Both the position numbers and the translations under genes were made by a program. The notes below the pieces were generated by a model. It was not told the origin of the DNA. It saw only the letters and a program-made list of their open reading frames with translations, and made no database searches. Below, piece by piece: positions 1 to 10,855 of a stretch of DNA of 40,145 nucleotides. Each line of letters starts with the position of its first letter. Within the stretch, counting starts at the first letter, position 1. This DNA is from Trichomonas gallinae (lineage: Eukaryota), in contig MRSU01006754.1 in NCBI GenBank assembly GCA_008369845.1, forward strand, positions 1 to 40,145, in the 5' to 3' direction.

Positions 1-229
1 TCATTTGTACACTGTCACTTTTCCAAAATATCTGACAATTTGACGTTGTAAAATTTCCCTATTTGACAGCTAAAACAGTAGAATACAAGAATACAAGAAT
101 AATAATAATATTTTTTACAACATTTTATTGACAGAATATAATATTTTTGTTTGTAAACTGTCAATTAATGGGAAATTTGTCATGTAAAAAATCAAAAATC
201 TTTGTCATTATTTATCGTTCTTCATAGTT

Positions 230-3200
230 TTGAATTTACAAGCTTTAGAGATACCTGATACACTTCCAGAGCTGCTGGCCACGTACAAAGAGTACAGGAA
301 AGTTCTCTTCAAAGGCTGGCAAACAATGCACTATCACGAGCTTAAAGTCGCGAAAGCAACAATGAACAAAACTATAAACGCAATTTTAGAAGCGGATGAT
401 CCTAAAAACAGAATCAGAGCATGTATAGGCATACGTGTATTAGGAAAATTAAAACCATTACACTTCGTCGATTTACTTCAAAGATTATCATGTTTGCTTC
501 CATGCGAAGATGTCATTGCTTCTGAGTTTATTACATGCACAATTGCTAAATTCTGTCGTTCTTGTTATCTCAAAGATCAAAATTTCTTAGTATTCGAATT
601 AGAAAGATGCAAAGACTGGCTTTCAGGTACGATAAACGAGTGCAAAGTCAACAATGCATTGAATATGCTTGGTTGGTTTGCTTTATTCGCATCATCTACA
701 TTATTAATTTCATCACAACAATTCTTAGACGCGCTTACGGTTGGTATTTTCCACAAAAGTCCACAAGTACGACTGAGATCGGAGAAAAAGATATGTGATT
801 TCCTCGATAGATCGAAAAAAGGACCAAAAATTTTAACTTTATTCCAAACTGCAAGAAGATTACTATCATCAGAACATCCAGAAGAACAGCACGGTTCATT
901 AATTGTTCTTTGCGCTTACGGAAACATGTATCCTGAGCTTTTAGCCAGAGATGCAAGTTCTTACATGTCAAAATGCAGAGAATTGATGAAATCAGAGGAT
1001 GAGTACGTTTCTACAACAGCTTTAAGGCTTATTGTAATACTTGCACCATTAGATCCTTTAACTTTCAGAAATGATTATATTGAAGCAGCTACATCTATAC
1101 TTTGGAGGGACTCACATCCATCTAATGCTATAGTTAAATGCAATATCATGCTTCTCAAGAATCTTCCTGATGTATTTGAAAATAATGATCATAAATTATT
1201 GACAATGATCAGATCTCTTTTCGCATTAAGGAATGAAGAGTCAGAGAAAGTCAGTTTCGCTCTTTTACAGGCTTTTTACGTAAATTTACCAACAATTTTC
1301 CAAACAAGACTCGTTGAAGTTGCAGGAATCATCATTTTAGCACCATTCACTAATGATTTCCTCGAAATAATACCAACATTATTACAAGAAACACCAGCAT
1401 TGTGGACACTAACAGAGAAAAACATTTTAAAGAAATTAGTCGCTGAAATTCATGAAGATAGATGCGAAATTCCGCTGAGAATCATCGCTAAATGCCCGAA
1501 ATTCACACAGCAAAACTCAGAAGTATTGCTTCCATTAATAAGGCCTCTTTTAAACAGCACAGAGCAGAACATCAAGCAGTACACGCCAGCAGCATTACTC
1601 GCGCTTTCTTCCGATATATACGCTGACTCGTACAGAGAGCTCGTTGACGACATTCTTTCTTTGGCAGTTTCAGAGACATCAGTTGAAGTCAGACTGGCGA
1701 TCATGGAATCCTTGAATCCTCCATATTCTCCTTTCTTATCTTTCCCATCAGCTTTATCTTTATTCTCTGTTTTAGTCAATGATGATAGCTTTAGAGTGAG
1801 ATCGAGAACATTGACAATTTTAGGAGAATTGGCCGAATCAAATCCATCAATGATTTTATCAATTTTCAGACGTGTTATGTTAGATGCTTTGTTCATATGC
1901 GAAAGTTCGCCTTTATTAAAATTACAAGCACAGACAACAAGATGTTTCCCTATTATCATAAAAGCTTGCAAACCTATTCTACCGATTTACATTCCTGCTT
2001 TTATTCCAATCGCTATGACTTATCTTCGCAAGAACATCTGCCATCCATCAGAAGCACTGCAGCACAAACAATTGACACCATTTGAGCAAGATTTCTCGCG
2101 TTTGATTTCTATAAACTTCATCAATACTATAGCACTCGCTTGTCAAATGCAAACATCACTTTTGGCACCACAATTCAAAGAAATCGCAACATTGTTTATT
2201 GACATTCTAAATGAAAGCGTGCACAAGACAATCGCAATATCAGCTCTCGATGCTTTGTGCTATATTATAGATTATATGGGAGTAAATGCAAGAAATGAGT
2301 TTCCGACACTTTTACATACATTGTTTATGATTGGTTCTCGCTATTCCAGCTACAAAGTCCATGCAGCAATCTTTAAAGTTTACGGCAGATTCGGTGCAGC
2401 TCTCCCACAGAAAGAACAAGAAGAGATTTCTCTCACTGAAGTAATAGACAGGAATTATGAATCCGACTTTATCAATGGAATCATAACATTAAAAGAATGG
2501 GCCACAACAAATGTTGCGAGCGCGCTTTTATGGTTGTTAGATGATGACCAGCAATTTGCAATTCATCTCCGAGCATTGCAGGCATTGACTGATGTCTTCA
2601 ATGACAATTCAAGCATCGCTCATCCATTCTTTAACCAGTTCATCACGGTTTTACTGCAGCAGTTAAGGGGTGCCGTGACAGATGAAAAAGAGCAGTATTT
2701 CGTTATACTGAGAGAAAACATTGTCAAACATGCTGAGTGGATGAAGACTTATTCAGGAAGTTTGGCGAAACTCGTCCAAGAATTGAGAAGCACTCCATTC
2801 TATCATTTGATATTGGATTTGATTCCAACAATCACAAAATATTTAGCAGAATCATTTTCACCTTATTTACCTGAAATAGTTACTTCACTCTTAGATACAT
2901 TATTCGACAACGAGCTCCAGCAGCCACTGATCGCATGTAACATACTTAATGCATTAACAGAACTCTCCAGATTCGCTGACGACTTCGTCTTCATCATTTT
3001 AAGACAAATTTTCGAAGTCGTAAATAATCCGGCATCATTCGACCAAGTTGTTCTTGCCGCTGTTAATTCATTACACAAATTATCGATGCAATATGACTGC
3101 TCCGCTTATTCTTCACTGCTTGTCAGAGCCTGCTTCCAGTGCTTCAGGAATGCGAACGAAGAAATAAGACTCGCGGCTGTCAAGCTCTTGAAATCTCTCT

Positions 3201-6200
3201 CGAGAACATTAGGCAAAGAGTTTGAAATATACAAAGGTCATGCAATCATTCAACTCAACGCAACTAAGCTAATGACTGACGAAATAAAGGCAGCATTCGA
3301 GAAAGAATGCGATTCTAAAGACGATATAAAGGTCAACGAGGAAGAAGATGAGTCAGAAAAATCTCAGTCATCGAGTTCCCACCAGTTCGACAACTACCAA
3401 ATTATTACATCAGTGCAGTGCGAGCAGACATTCACAAGCAGCCAGTGGAAAGACTGGATCAGAGGTTTATCACTTTGTGTAATACAACAAGCTCCATCAT
3501 CTATAATCAACAGATGCTACAACTTGGCTCAAAACTGTATTGGCTTTGCACTTAGATTATTACATGCTTCTTTCTTGATGTGCTGGGATGAGATAAGCAC
3601 TTCAACTCGTTATGTTATCTGCAAAGCAATGAATGCAGCACTGATGGATAATGAAACACCAATGTATGTTTTGACTATTGTTGTTTCATTGGCAGAATTC
3701 ATGGAGAAAGCTGAAAAACACTTAAATATTTCTTACGCTGACCTAGCGAGAGCAGCGCACAGAGCAGAAAAGCTTCCTTTCGCTTTATTCTGCGCACAAA
3801 AAGATCTAGACTCATCATCGATGTCGCAGCAAACAATTGAGATGCTCCTGAGGATCTACAACCAGTTGGCATTGGAAGATGACGTTCACGGATTAATCCA
3901 TACTTTAAGAGAATCAAAGAAAGTCAAATCAACTCCAAAATTTGCTGCACAACTTGGCGACTGGCAAAAAGCAATTGATTTATATAAGAACGACATTGAA
4001 AGCAATGATTCATTCTTGGGATTGTTAAATGCTTATTCCATGGTTTCAGACTGGGATTCAATTACATCTCTTTTCAGCAGATTTGACATTCTTCCAGCAC
4101 TTGAGAAAACTCAAGCAGCGCAAATATTTTCGCTTGCTTTTTATCACCAAAACGACTGGGATCACTTCAACATGGCAATCAAATTCTGTCCAACTGATTC
4201 TATTCCAAGCATCATCACTCGATGCTACGCAAACATAAAACTTGGTCTGCCAATAAACGATTTAATAGAGCAAGGGTTTATATCTCTCGGCCACAAAGCT
4301 GGCTCGCTTTTCCCTCACGGCTTCTCATCTTTCATTCCGTTCTTGATACAAGCACAGATGCTCGTTGAGCTCCAGGAGAAGCCAAAGGCTGATGTTTGGG
4401 CAGCACGCGTTCGCAATCCATATCTTTCCTTCATGCAGCTGCAACCGCTAATTTTGATGAGAATCGAATTATTAGGAGACAGAAAAGCAGCTCAAAACGA
4501 AATACTAACTCTTCTGAAATTAGCAAGAAATGCAAGTGAGTGGAATTTGCACGACTACTATTTTAATATATATTATCCTGACTTCGACATCAAGACATCA
4601 CCAGCTGCAGTTGTCTTTGAGCACTCGATTTCATTGTGGAAGAGACAAGAAAAGACAGAAGCTTTGGATGTTTTGAACAAACTTGTTGAACGACTTGAAT
4701 CAGAAAATAACGATAAGCAACTCACAGAAAGAGCTTTGTTCATGAAAGCAAGATGGATTGTCAGGTCAGATACTTTAGAGAACAACGCAGACATGTTTAG
4801 AAGTGTCGCTAAAATCTGCAAACGCGGTGGAAAAACACACAAAGCTTTGCAGCTATGGGGCTGGATACAGCTAAGATTATACAACATGAAAGATACAGAC
4901 AGAGAAAACGCAGCTATTAACGCAATCACCACATTCATTAAATGCGCTGAAGGACTAAGCGAAATGATGCAATTGTGTTCAATAGTTTTTAGAGCAGGAA
5001 AATTCCCGAAGGTCTTTGATACAGTTAAAAAGAATTTGGAAACAATCAAAACTGATTTATGGCTTCCAATGATTCCTCAGCTTTTCGCTCAATTCAAGAA
5101 TCCAATAAAATACTTACAAGAATTCGCGCAAGAAAGAATTTGGAAATGTTTGATCGAACATCATCATTCAGTGATTTTCTCATTGATGTTCTGCATTTCG
5201 TTCAACGACTCAGCTGATCAAAGAGGAAAGCAGATGCTTAATGAATTTTCGAAGATCAGACCTGATGTTGTTGAAGCCAGTAGCATCATCTATCTTGGCT
5301 TGATGACTGCCTGCACAAACAGGGCAGAAATGTGGCTCGAAAACTTGAACAATGCAGTTGATGCTTTCAAAGGTGGAAAACTGCAAGAAATGAAGACAAT
5401 TCTCGAAAAAGTTTTCGCGTCGACTAAAGTTATAAACTGCGACGCTGATCTTTATTTCGTGAGATTGTTCGGCGACAGAATCAATAACCTACAACCATCT
5501 TTCAAGAGATTTTTCGTGACTAAAAACAAAAAAGATGTTGAACCTGTTTGGTCTGATTACAGACAATTGTGTAATGACATCAAACAAGAGATAGAACAGA
5601 TGTCATCAATTCCAATGAGATTCGTTGCACCAAGACTGTCAGAACTCAATGATATTCCAATTGCTGTCCCAGGAACATATAGACCTGAAGGTGAGCTGAT
5701 CACGATGAAGAAATTTGCTTCTTCTTTGGATGTTTTCCCGTCTAAGCAAAGACCAAAGAGATTAGCAATTATCGGATCAAATGGTGGAGAATTCTGGTAT
5801 TTGCTGAAAGGCCATGAAGATTTGAGGCTCGATCAAAGAGTTGTACAAGTTTTCCATTTAATTAACACTTTCATTCCGGTTGAAATGCCGAAGATCATAA
5901 CAAACTTTATCATGCCTCTTCTTCCGACGGTTGGATTGATCCAGTGGATTCCTGGCTCTGACACAATTTTCAAGCTAATAAGAGATTTCAGGAGTGCGAG
6001 AAATATTCCAGTTGACTATGAAAGCCGATTATTATCGCAGTACACAACAGCTAAGTTTGACGATTTGAGGCCAATACAGAGACTGGAAGCACTCGAGAAA
6101 GTTGCATCAGAGACAAGTGACTCTGTTCTCTCAGACATTTTATGGCTTCGTGCTCCAGACGCTGAGAACTGGATCAAACGCGTTACAACATTTTCAAGAA

Positions 6201-6763
6201 CATCAGCTTTGATGTCTGTAGTTGGATACATATTGGGACTTGGCGATCGACATCCATCGAATATCATGATCCACAATTTCACTGGATCAGTCATTCATGT
6301 TGATTTTGGCGACTGCTTCGAAACAACAAAAGAAAGAGTTTTGTTCCCTGAATTAATTCCATTTAGGCTGACGAGATTCATGGTCAGGGCTTTCGGACCA
6401 GCGGGCATTGATGGAAGTTTCAGGAAAACATGTTTGGACATTGTCAAATTAATCAGAAGACATCGTGAAGAAGTTTTGAGTGTTCTCGAAATTTTCGCTC
6501 ACGCACCACTTGTGAGAAGCTCAGGAGCAGCTGGTGGTGTTAAGCCGAACAGGAACGCACAGTTTTCATCTTCACTGCCTACAATGGTTGATGAGACAGA
6601 CATTAATAGAACAATCAACAGGATTTCAGACAAAATCAATGGAAGAGATTTCGATTTGAAACACAGATTAACGCAACAAGAACAAGTGACAAAGTTAATC
6701 TGTTCTGCAACAGATATGTACAATTTAGCACACCTATACCATGGATGGAATCCACTATGGTAA
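230..6763 (+). CDS. TOR: TOR-family PIKK kinase (HEAT repeats, FAT, FRB, PI3K-like kinase, FATC)
   Basis: 2177-codon ORF with SKQRPKRL, LLKGHEDLRLDQR, GLGDRHPSN, HVDFGDCFE, IPFRLTR and FATC end NLAHLYHGWNPLW; FRB-like EMWLENL segment. Start uncertain: the ORF track begins at TTG 230 and the first in-frame ATG is at 326. Confidence 0.95.
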   Translation: MNLQALEIPDTLPELLATYKEYRKVLFKGWQTMHYHELKVAKATMNKTINAILEADDPKNRIRACIGIRVLGKLKPLHFVDLLQRLSCLLPCEDVIASEFITCTIAKFCRSCYLKDQNFLVFELERCKDWLSGTINECKVNNALNMLGWFALFASSTLLISSQQFLDALTVGIFHKSPQVRLRSEKKICDFLDRSKKGPKILTLFQTARRLLSSEHPEEQHGSLIVLCAYGNMYPELLARDASSYMSKCRELMKSEDEYVSTTALRLIVILAPLDPLTFRNDYIEAATSILWRDSHPSNAIVKCNIMLLKNLPDVFENNDHKLLTMIRSLFALRNEESEKVSFALLQAFYVNLPTIFQTRLVEVAGIIILAPFTNDFLEIIPTLLQETPALWTLTEKNILKKLVAEIHEDRCEIPLRIIAKCPKFTQQNSEVLLPLIRPLLNSTEQNIKQYTPAALLALSSDIYADSYRELVDDILSLAVSETSVEVRLAIMESLNPPYSPFLSFPSALSLFSVLVNDDSFRVRSRTLTILGELAESNPSMILSIFRRVMLDALFICESSPLLKLQAQTTRCFPIIIKACKPILPIYIPAFIPIAMTYLRKNICHPSEALQHKQLTPFEQDFSRLISINFINTIALACQMQTSLLAPQFKEIATLFIDILNESVHKTIAISALDALCYIIDYMGVNARNEFPTLLHTLFMIGSRYSSYKVHAAIFKVYGRFGAALPQKEQEEISLTEVIDRNYESDFINGIITLKEWATTNVASALLWLLDDDQQFAIHLRALQALTDVFNDNSSIAHPFFNQFITVLLQQLRGAVTDEKEQYFVILRENIVKHAEWMKTYSGSLAKLVQELRSTPFYHLILDLIPTITKYLAESFSPYLPEIVTSLLDTLFDNELQQPLIACNILNALTELSRFADDFVFIILRQIFEVVNNPASFDQVVLAAVNSLHKLSMQYDCSAYSSLLVRACFQCFRNANEEIRLAAVKLLKSLSRTLGKEFEIYKGHAIIQLNATKLMTDEIKAAFEKECDSKDDIKVNEEEDESEKSQSSSSHQFDNYQIITSVQCEQTFTSSQWKDWIRGLSLCVIQQAPSSIINRCYNLAQNCIGFALRLLHASFLMCWDEISTSTRYVICKAMNAALMDNETPMYVLTIVVSLAEFMEKAEKHLNISYADLARAAHRAEKLPFALFCAQKDLDSSSMSQQTIEMLLRIYNQLALEDDVHGLIHTLRESKKVKSTPKFAAQLGDWQKAIDLYKNDIESNDSFLGLLNAYSMVSDWDSITSLFSRFDILPALEKTQAAQIFSLAFYHQNDWDHFNMAIKFCPTDSIPSIITRCYANIKLGLPINDLIEQGFISLGHKAGSLFPHGFSSFIPFLIQAQMLVELQEKPKADVWAARVRNPYLSFMQLQPLILMRIELLGDRKAAQNEILTLLKLARNASEWNLHDYYFNIYYPDFDIKTSPAAVVFEHSISLWKRQEKTEALDVLNKLVERLESENNDKQLTERALFMKARWIVRSDTLENNADMFRSVAKICKRGGKTHKALQLWGWIQLRLYNMKDTDRENAAINAITTFIKCAEGLSEMMQLCSIVFRAGKFPKVFDTVKKNLETIKTDLWLPMIPQLFAQFKNPIKYLQEFAQERIWKCLIEHHHSVIFSLMFCISFNDSADQRGKQMLNEFSKIRPDVVEASSIIYLGLMTACTNRAEMWLENLNNAVDAFKGGKLQEMKTILEKVFASTKVINCDADLYFVRLFGDRINNLQPSFKRFFVTKNKKDVEPVWSDYRQLCNDIKQEIEQMSSIPMRFVAPRLSELNDIPIAVPGTYRPEGELITMKKFASSLDVFPSKQRPKRLAIIGSNGGEFWYLLKGHEDLRLDQRVVQVFHLINTFIPVEMPKIITNFIMPLLPTVGLIQWIPGSDTIFKLIRDFRSARNIPVDYESRLLSQYTTAKFDDLRPIQRLEALEKVASETSDSVLSDILWLRAPDAENWIKRVTTFSRTSALMSVVGYILGLGDRHPSNIMIHNFTGSVIHVDFGDCFETTKERVLFPELIPFRLTRFMVRAFGPAGIDGSFRKTCLDIVKLIRRHREEVLSVLEIFAHAPLVRSSGAAGGVKPNRNAQFSSSLPTMVDETDINRTINRISDKINGRDFDLKHRLTQQEQVTKLICSATDMYNLAHLYHGWNPLW

Positions 6764-6924
6764 CTTTATTATATTATTTTTTTATATTATTTATGTGATA
6801 ATAATTTTTATTGTTCACTATAAATACTATTGACTAGTTTTAATCCATGTTCACTTATTTCATACATTTTAGATAATATTTTTATTAACAAATAAAATAT
6901 CAAGTAAATATACACATATGAGTA

Positions 6925-7221
6925 TTAAACAGAAGCAGATGCATCTTGAACAACAACAAGCATGTAATCGCCTTCTGGTGTAATTATAATCTCGTTTTTA
7001 TGAGATCTAATACGAATAACATTTAGAGGATTTGAAACAAGAGTATTTTCGAGAGATCCTTTTGCTTTTTTAACGAATTCTGTAATAAGTCCTGCATATC
7101 TCAACGTTTCTTGATCTGAAAAGGTTGTTTTTACAGGAAGACCGTTCATTTTAAGCACCATTGTTCCGATTACACCGGGCTCAGCACTGATTTCTTTGAA
7201 CGCTGACTCTAAATCAGTCAT
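6925..7221 (-). CDS. DYNLRB: Dynein light chain, roadblock/LC7 type
   Basis: 98 aa with GVIGTMVL..GLPVKTT, YAGLI and IRIRSHKNEIIITP..DYMLVVVQD, the typical roadblock pattern. Confidence 0.93.
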   Translation of the reverse strand: MTDLESAFKEISAEPGVIGTMVLKMNGLPVKTTFSDQETLRYAGLITEFVKKAKGSLENTLVSNPLNVIRIRSHKNEIIITPEGDYMLVVVQDASASV

Positions 7222-8619
7222 TGTTTAAATGACACGTTTTTTTTATTAAACTGACACATTACATTTTACATGTCAAAATGTTTAATAATAATCAAAATAT
7301 CATGATACAAATTGTACAAAACTGTAAAATTGCTTCATATAATTATATGGAATGTTCAATTATTTATGATAGTATTCTTTTGATAAAAGCAATCACAATA
7401 AAACATATTTTATGCCTGATATCTTATGATATCAGCAAATCAACAGTTAATTTGTATAATGACAACAGGTAATGGTTCAATTCTATAGCAATATTTTAAA
7501 ATTGAAATCAAGAACTGAATCAATGAATTTTATACTGACAATTAGTTCTTCGATTATGTATATGCATGTTGTAAATGGTTAACAGTTAAAAACAACTGAG
7601 TTTGAGAGAACAGATTTCAATTACTCGTTCATACGCAAAAAATTCTGACAGTTTGCCTATAGAGCAAACAAAAATTAAAAACGCAGTGATGAGGATTAAT
7701 TCACATTCAAAAGTCGATATTTCAAACAAAAATAAAAGTTTGCGTGGCTTTGTTGTGAGCATCAATACACTTTCTCATATGGACATTACTAAACAAGGCC
7801 ACTTCTTCTCTTAAACAATCTAAAACTAAGAGGTTTTGTATTTCACAAATATGACTCAAAATCATATCATATTTATGCAGTCATTGGATGGATAGAAATA
7901 CTCTAAAAGCAAAGAAAAAAACAAAGAAAAAAATTATGAAGGGATGATTGAATTGCTAATTGTAAAATCTCATTTTATCGGTCTTTCTGATAATTTGTAT
8001 ATTGTATTAATATGATGTCAAAGCAGCTAGTATTACGATAGCCGATAAAAATTATTTGAAAAGTTATTTTGTCACTTTTATTTCGGCGCAATAGAAATTT
8101 TGAATGTATTAATTCGAATTTTTCTAATAAGCACGTTTTTTATTCTAACAAGCACGTTAATCATAATTTTTGCTCATTACAATTATTATTGAATAATACA
8201 GATTTTTGTTCCCATAAGTTTTCTTTTTGAAATTTTCAATCTGATTATCTTAATATATATCTATTTCTCTATCCATACAACAAATTTTAAATTTTTCAAT
8301 CTATTTATTACGGATTTCAATTTTTATTATAAAATATGACCTTATATACCTAGCCATTGTGAAATATAACATCCAAAAGAAAAAGAATTTTTATCAAATT
8401 AAAATCCTAATTTTATGCTGAAAATTGCATATTTATTGACTATAAAAACGAAATATCATCTAAAAATCACATTTTAATTTTAGAATTTAAAAGAAATGTA
8501 TAAATATAGATGTAAATGATGAATATGGTGAGAAAAAAGACGTTTAACTGATTGCTCAAAATTGAGAAGGTAGCTCTAAATTTTTTGTGAAGGGGGTTAA
8601 ACGTGCTTTTATTCATAAA

Positions 8620-9570
8620 ATGTTAAATCCTAAAGAACTGACTTTCTTCAATGAGAACGACTTGACACTCGACTCATTCATTGCTGAGGGTGGATATGGC
8701 AGCATATACAAGGTGTTCTCGTCGAAATACAACAAATATTTCGCTTTGAAGAGGATTCCGATTAACATTTACAACGAGGAAGAGCTCAACTGCTTCAAGT
8801 TAATCGATGACACAAGGATAGTTAACCTCTACAAATGCTTCAAGTTCGAGAATTACGCGTATTTATTGATGGAATTTTGCCCAAATAGCGTTGATAACCT
8901 TTTGAGGACAAAATCAATGCTCACAGAGCAGGAATTGGCCAGATATATCTATGAGATGCTTCTTTCCGTCAAAGCATGCCATGACAGAAAAATCGCTCAT
9001 TGCGACATCAAGCCTTCGAACTTTTTGATGGACTCATACGGCAGGATAAAGATATGCGACTTCGGACTCTCTAAGATCATGAAAGAAGAACTGAACTGCA
9101 GCTCATTCAGCGGAACAAAACTTTATATGGCCCCGGAAATTGTTTCGAAGAGAGAGTTTAATCCAATACAGGCAGACATCTGGGCTCTTGGCGTTACGTT
9201 TTATGTCTTAGCCACACATCAATATCCTTTCTTCTCGAATAATACAAAATATTTATTCGAAAAAATCAATCGTGGAATCTTTGATAAAGAGAAGATCGAA
9301 GATCCAATCCTTAGATCAATGATTGTCAGGTGCCTTGACATTGATCCAAACAACAGACCATCAATTGATGTATTACTTGATTCCCCTTTCTTTACTTACT
9401 TAAAGACACCACAGCATATTACGAGGTTCCGTATTAGCAAGAACCTTACATTCGCTCGCAGCCATGACGTTGTTGTTCGTCCTAAATTCAATCAAAAGTC
9501 AGCTTTGACACCAGTAAGATCACAAATTCTTTTCAAAACAACAGCTTCTGTTATACCAATACCAGTTTAA
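8620..9570 (+). CDS. Ser/Thr protein kinase, CAMK-group-like (expanded trichomonad family)
   Basis: IAEGGYG, FALK, HCDIKPSN, DFG and YMAPE motifs. ATG at 8620 follows Inr-like TCATAA (8613-8618); the GTG start at 8587 was rejected. Confidence 0.93.
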   Translation: MLNPKELTFFNENDLTLDSFIAEGGYGSIYKVFSSKYNKYFALKRIPINIYNEEELNCFKLIDDTRIVNLYKCFKFENYAYLLMEFCPNSVDNLLRTKSMLTEQELARYIYEMLLSVKACHDRKIAHCDIKPSNFLMDSYGRIKICDFGLSKIMKEELNCSSFSGTKLYMAPEIVSKREFNPIQADIWALGVTFYVLATHQYPFFSNNTKYLFEKINRGIFDKEKIEDPILRSMIVRCLDIDPNNRPSIDVLLDSPFFTYLKTPQHITRFRISKNLTFARSHDVVVRPKFNQKSALTPVRSQILFKTTASVIPIPV

Positions 9571-10259
9571 CCATGTTTGTTTCTTTATATGTTTTGTTAT
9601 TGTTATGTATAAAGTCTATCCATTTTAAATCATTCTTTTTCCATTGGATCAGGATATATGATATAAATTCCATCTATTGGCAAGTGTATGCATTTCATAA
9701 AACACATTATTTTTCGATCACATTGAAATATCATTTTAGAGATGTTGTCATTTATGTATAGGTTTCTTTATAGTGTACATATTTGATTTATTCGTTAGTT
9801 TGTATTGTAAAGTAATAGAATCACAAATGAAAATTTTGTTCAAGAATAAAAACTCAAAATTGTAGCTTACTAGTCTGAAACTTAATTTATATATAAAAAT
9901 ATAGATGGAATTCTAAAATGTGGTGTGGTTTTCATGAATATAAAAAGATGAGAAAATATTAAGCTAATCAAAAAAAATATACTATTGATGTTAACGCATT
10001 CATTCGAATAATATGAATGAATTATTACCATCCTACAACCTATAATACAGTTCATCAAAATTATAATACATTCAAAAGGATGAATCCATTGATTTAAACC
10101 ATGAAAGCTCAAATATCAAATTGGCTTTGCATACAGATGGTTATACATTATTAATAAGGTTTAGTTTTTTTATTTGGTGAATGTCAAGACTTTACACTTT
10201 TTTGAGTAAAAAAAAAAACTGACAAAAAATAATTTTGCAAAAAGTGACATTTTGTTTGC

Positions 10260-10664
10260 ATGTTCACCACTTTTATTGTGTTCATGCTGATGAGTTTTGC
10301 GAAATCAAACAGACAAAAAAGAGATGAGCGCATGAAGGCAACTGGTAAGTGTTATCCTGATGTATTTTTAGCAATAAAAAGGAAAAATTTAAAACGAGAT
10401 GATGTATTAGCAAAATGTTTGGAATATTCTAATAAGTATAATATTAGGATTGACTCAGAAGCTAAAAAGACAGTTCAAATGTGCTCAGTATGGATATGTG
10501 AAAATGCAAATGAATTATCAGAAGCATTTAGACGAGACTTTGGAGTACAGCTCAAAACAAGTCAATCAGGATCAAGTCAAGAATCTCCAGCTGATTATTT
10601 TTCAGATGATGTTTATTTTGATGATTTTTATGAATTCCAAAATTTTGAAGCGGAATATGTTTAA
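10260..10664 (+). CDS. Small hypothetical protein: basic helical core and acidic/aromatic C-tail
   Basis: 134-aa ORF with AAAAGTGAC just upstream and a stop in TAAA context; contains ID(S)EAKK....CSVWICEN. The true start may be ATG 10284 or 10290. Confidence 0.7.
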   Translation: MFTTFIVFMLMSFAKSNRQKRDERMKATGKCYPDVFLAIKRKNLKRDDVLAKCLEYSNKYNIRIDSEAKKTVQMCSVWICENANELSEAFRRDFGVQLKTSQSGSSQESPADYFSDDVYFDDFYEFQNFEAEYV

Positions 10665-10750
10665 ACACTTTGTTTTATCTATTTTATTACATGCCTTATT
10701 ATTTCATATTCAAAAAACAATCCTATAAACATGTTTGATAATCAAATTAT

Positions 10751-10790
10751 TTTTGTCATGTAAAAATTTACCATAATTTACATGACAAAA
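10751..10790. repeat. Perfect 14-bp inverted repeat TTTTGTCATGTAAA / TTTACATGACAAAA with 12-nt spacer
   Basis: Arms at 10751-10764 and 10777-10790, read directly. Confidence 0.9.
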
Positions 10791-10855
10791 TCATTCAAGC
10801 TCGGCTATAATTGAAGTAGAAAAATTGAATAATATAAAACTTCTTTATTTGTAAT

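Noticed and set aside
80..110. AGAATACA x2 plus (AAT)n microrepeat
   Set aside because: Trivial slippage repeat
562..6723. Many short nested or antisense ORFs inside TOR (also inside the ABC, TRRAP-like and GSIII genes)
   Set aside because: They overlap well-supported long CDSs, have no domains, and are expected by chance
7278..7814. Two short + strand ORFs (64 and 70 aa)
   Set aside because: AT-rich, intergenic-like composition with no motifs; one has a TTG start
9573..10112. Short ORFs downstream of the kinase
   Set aside because: I/F/Y-rich translations typical of AT-rich non-coding DNA
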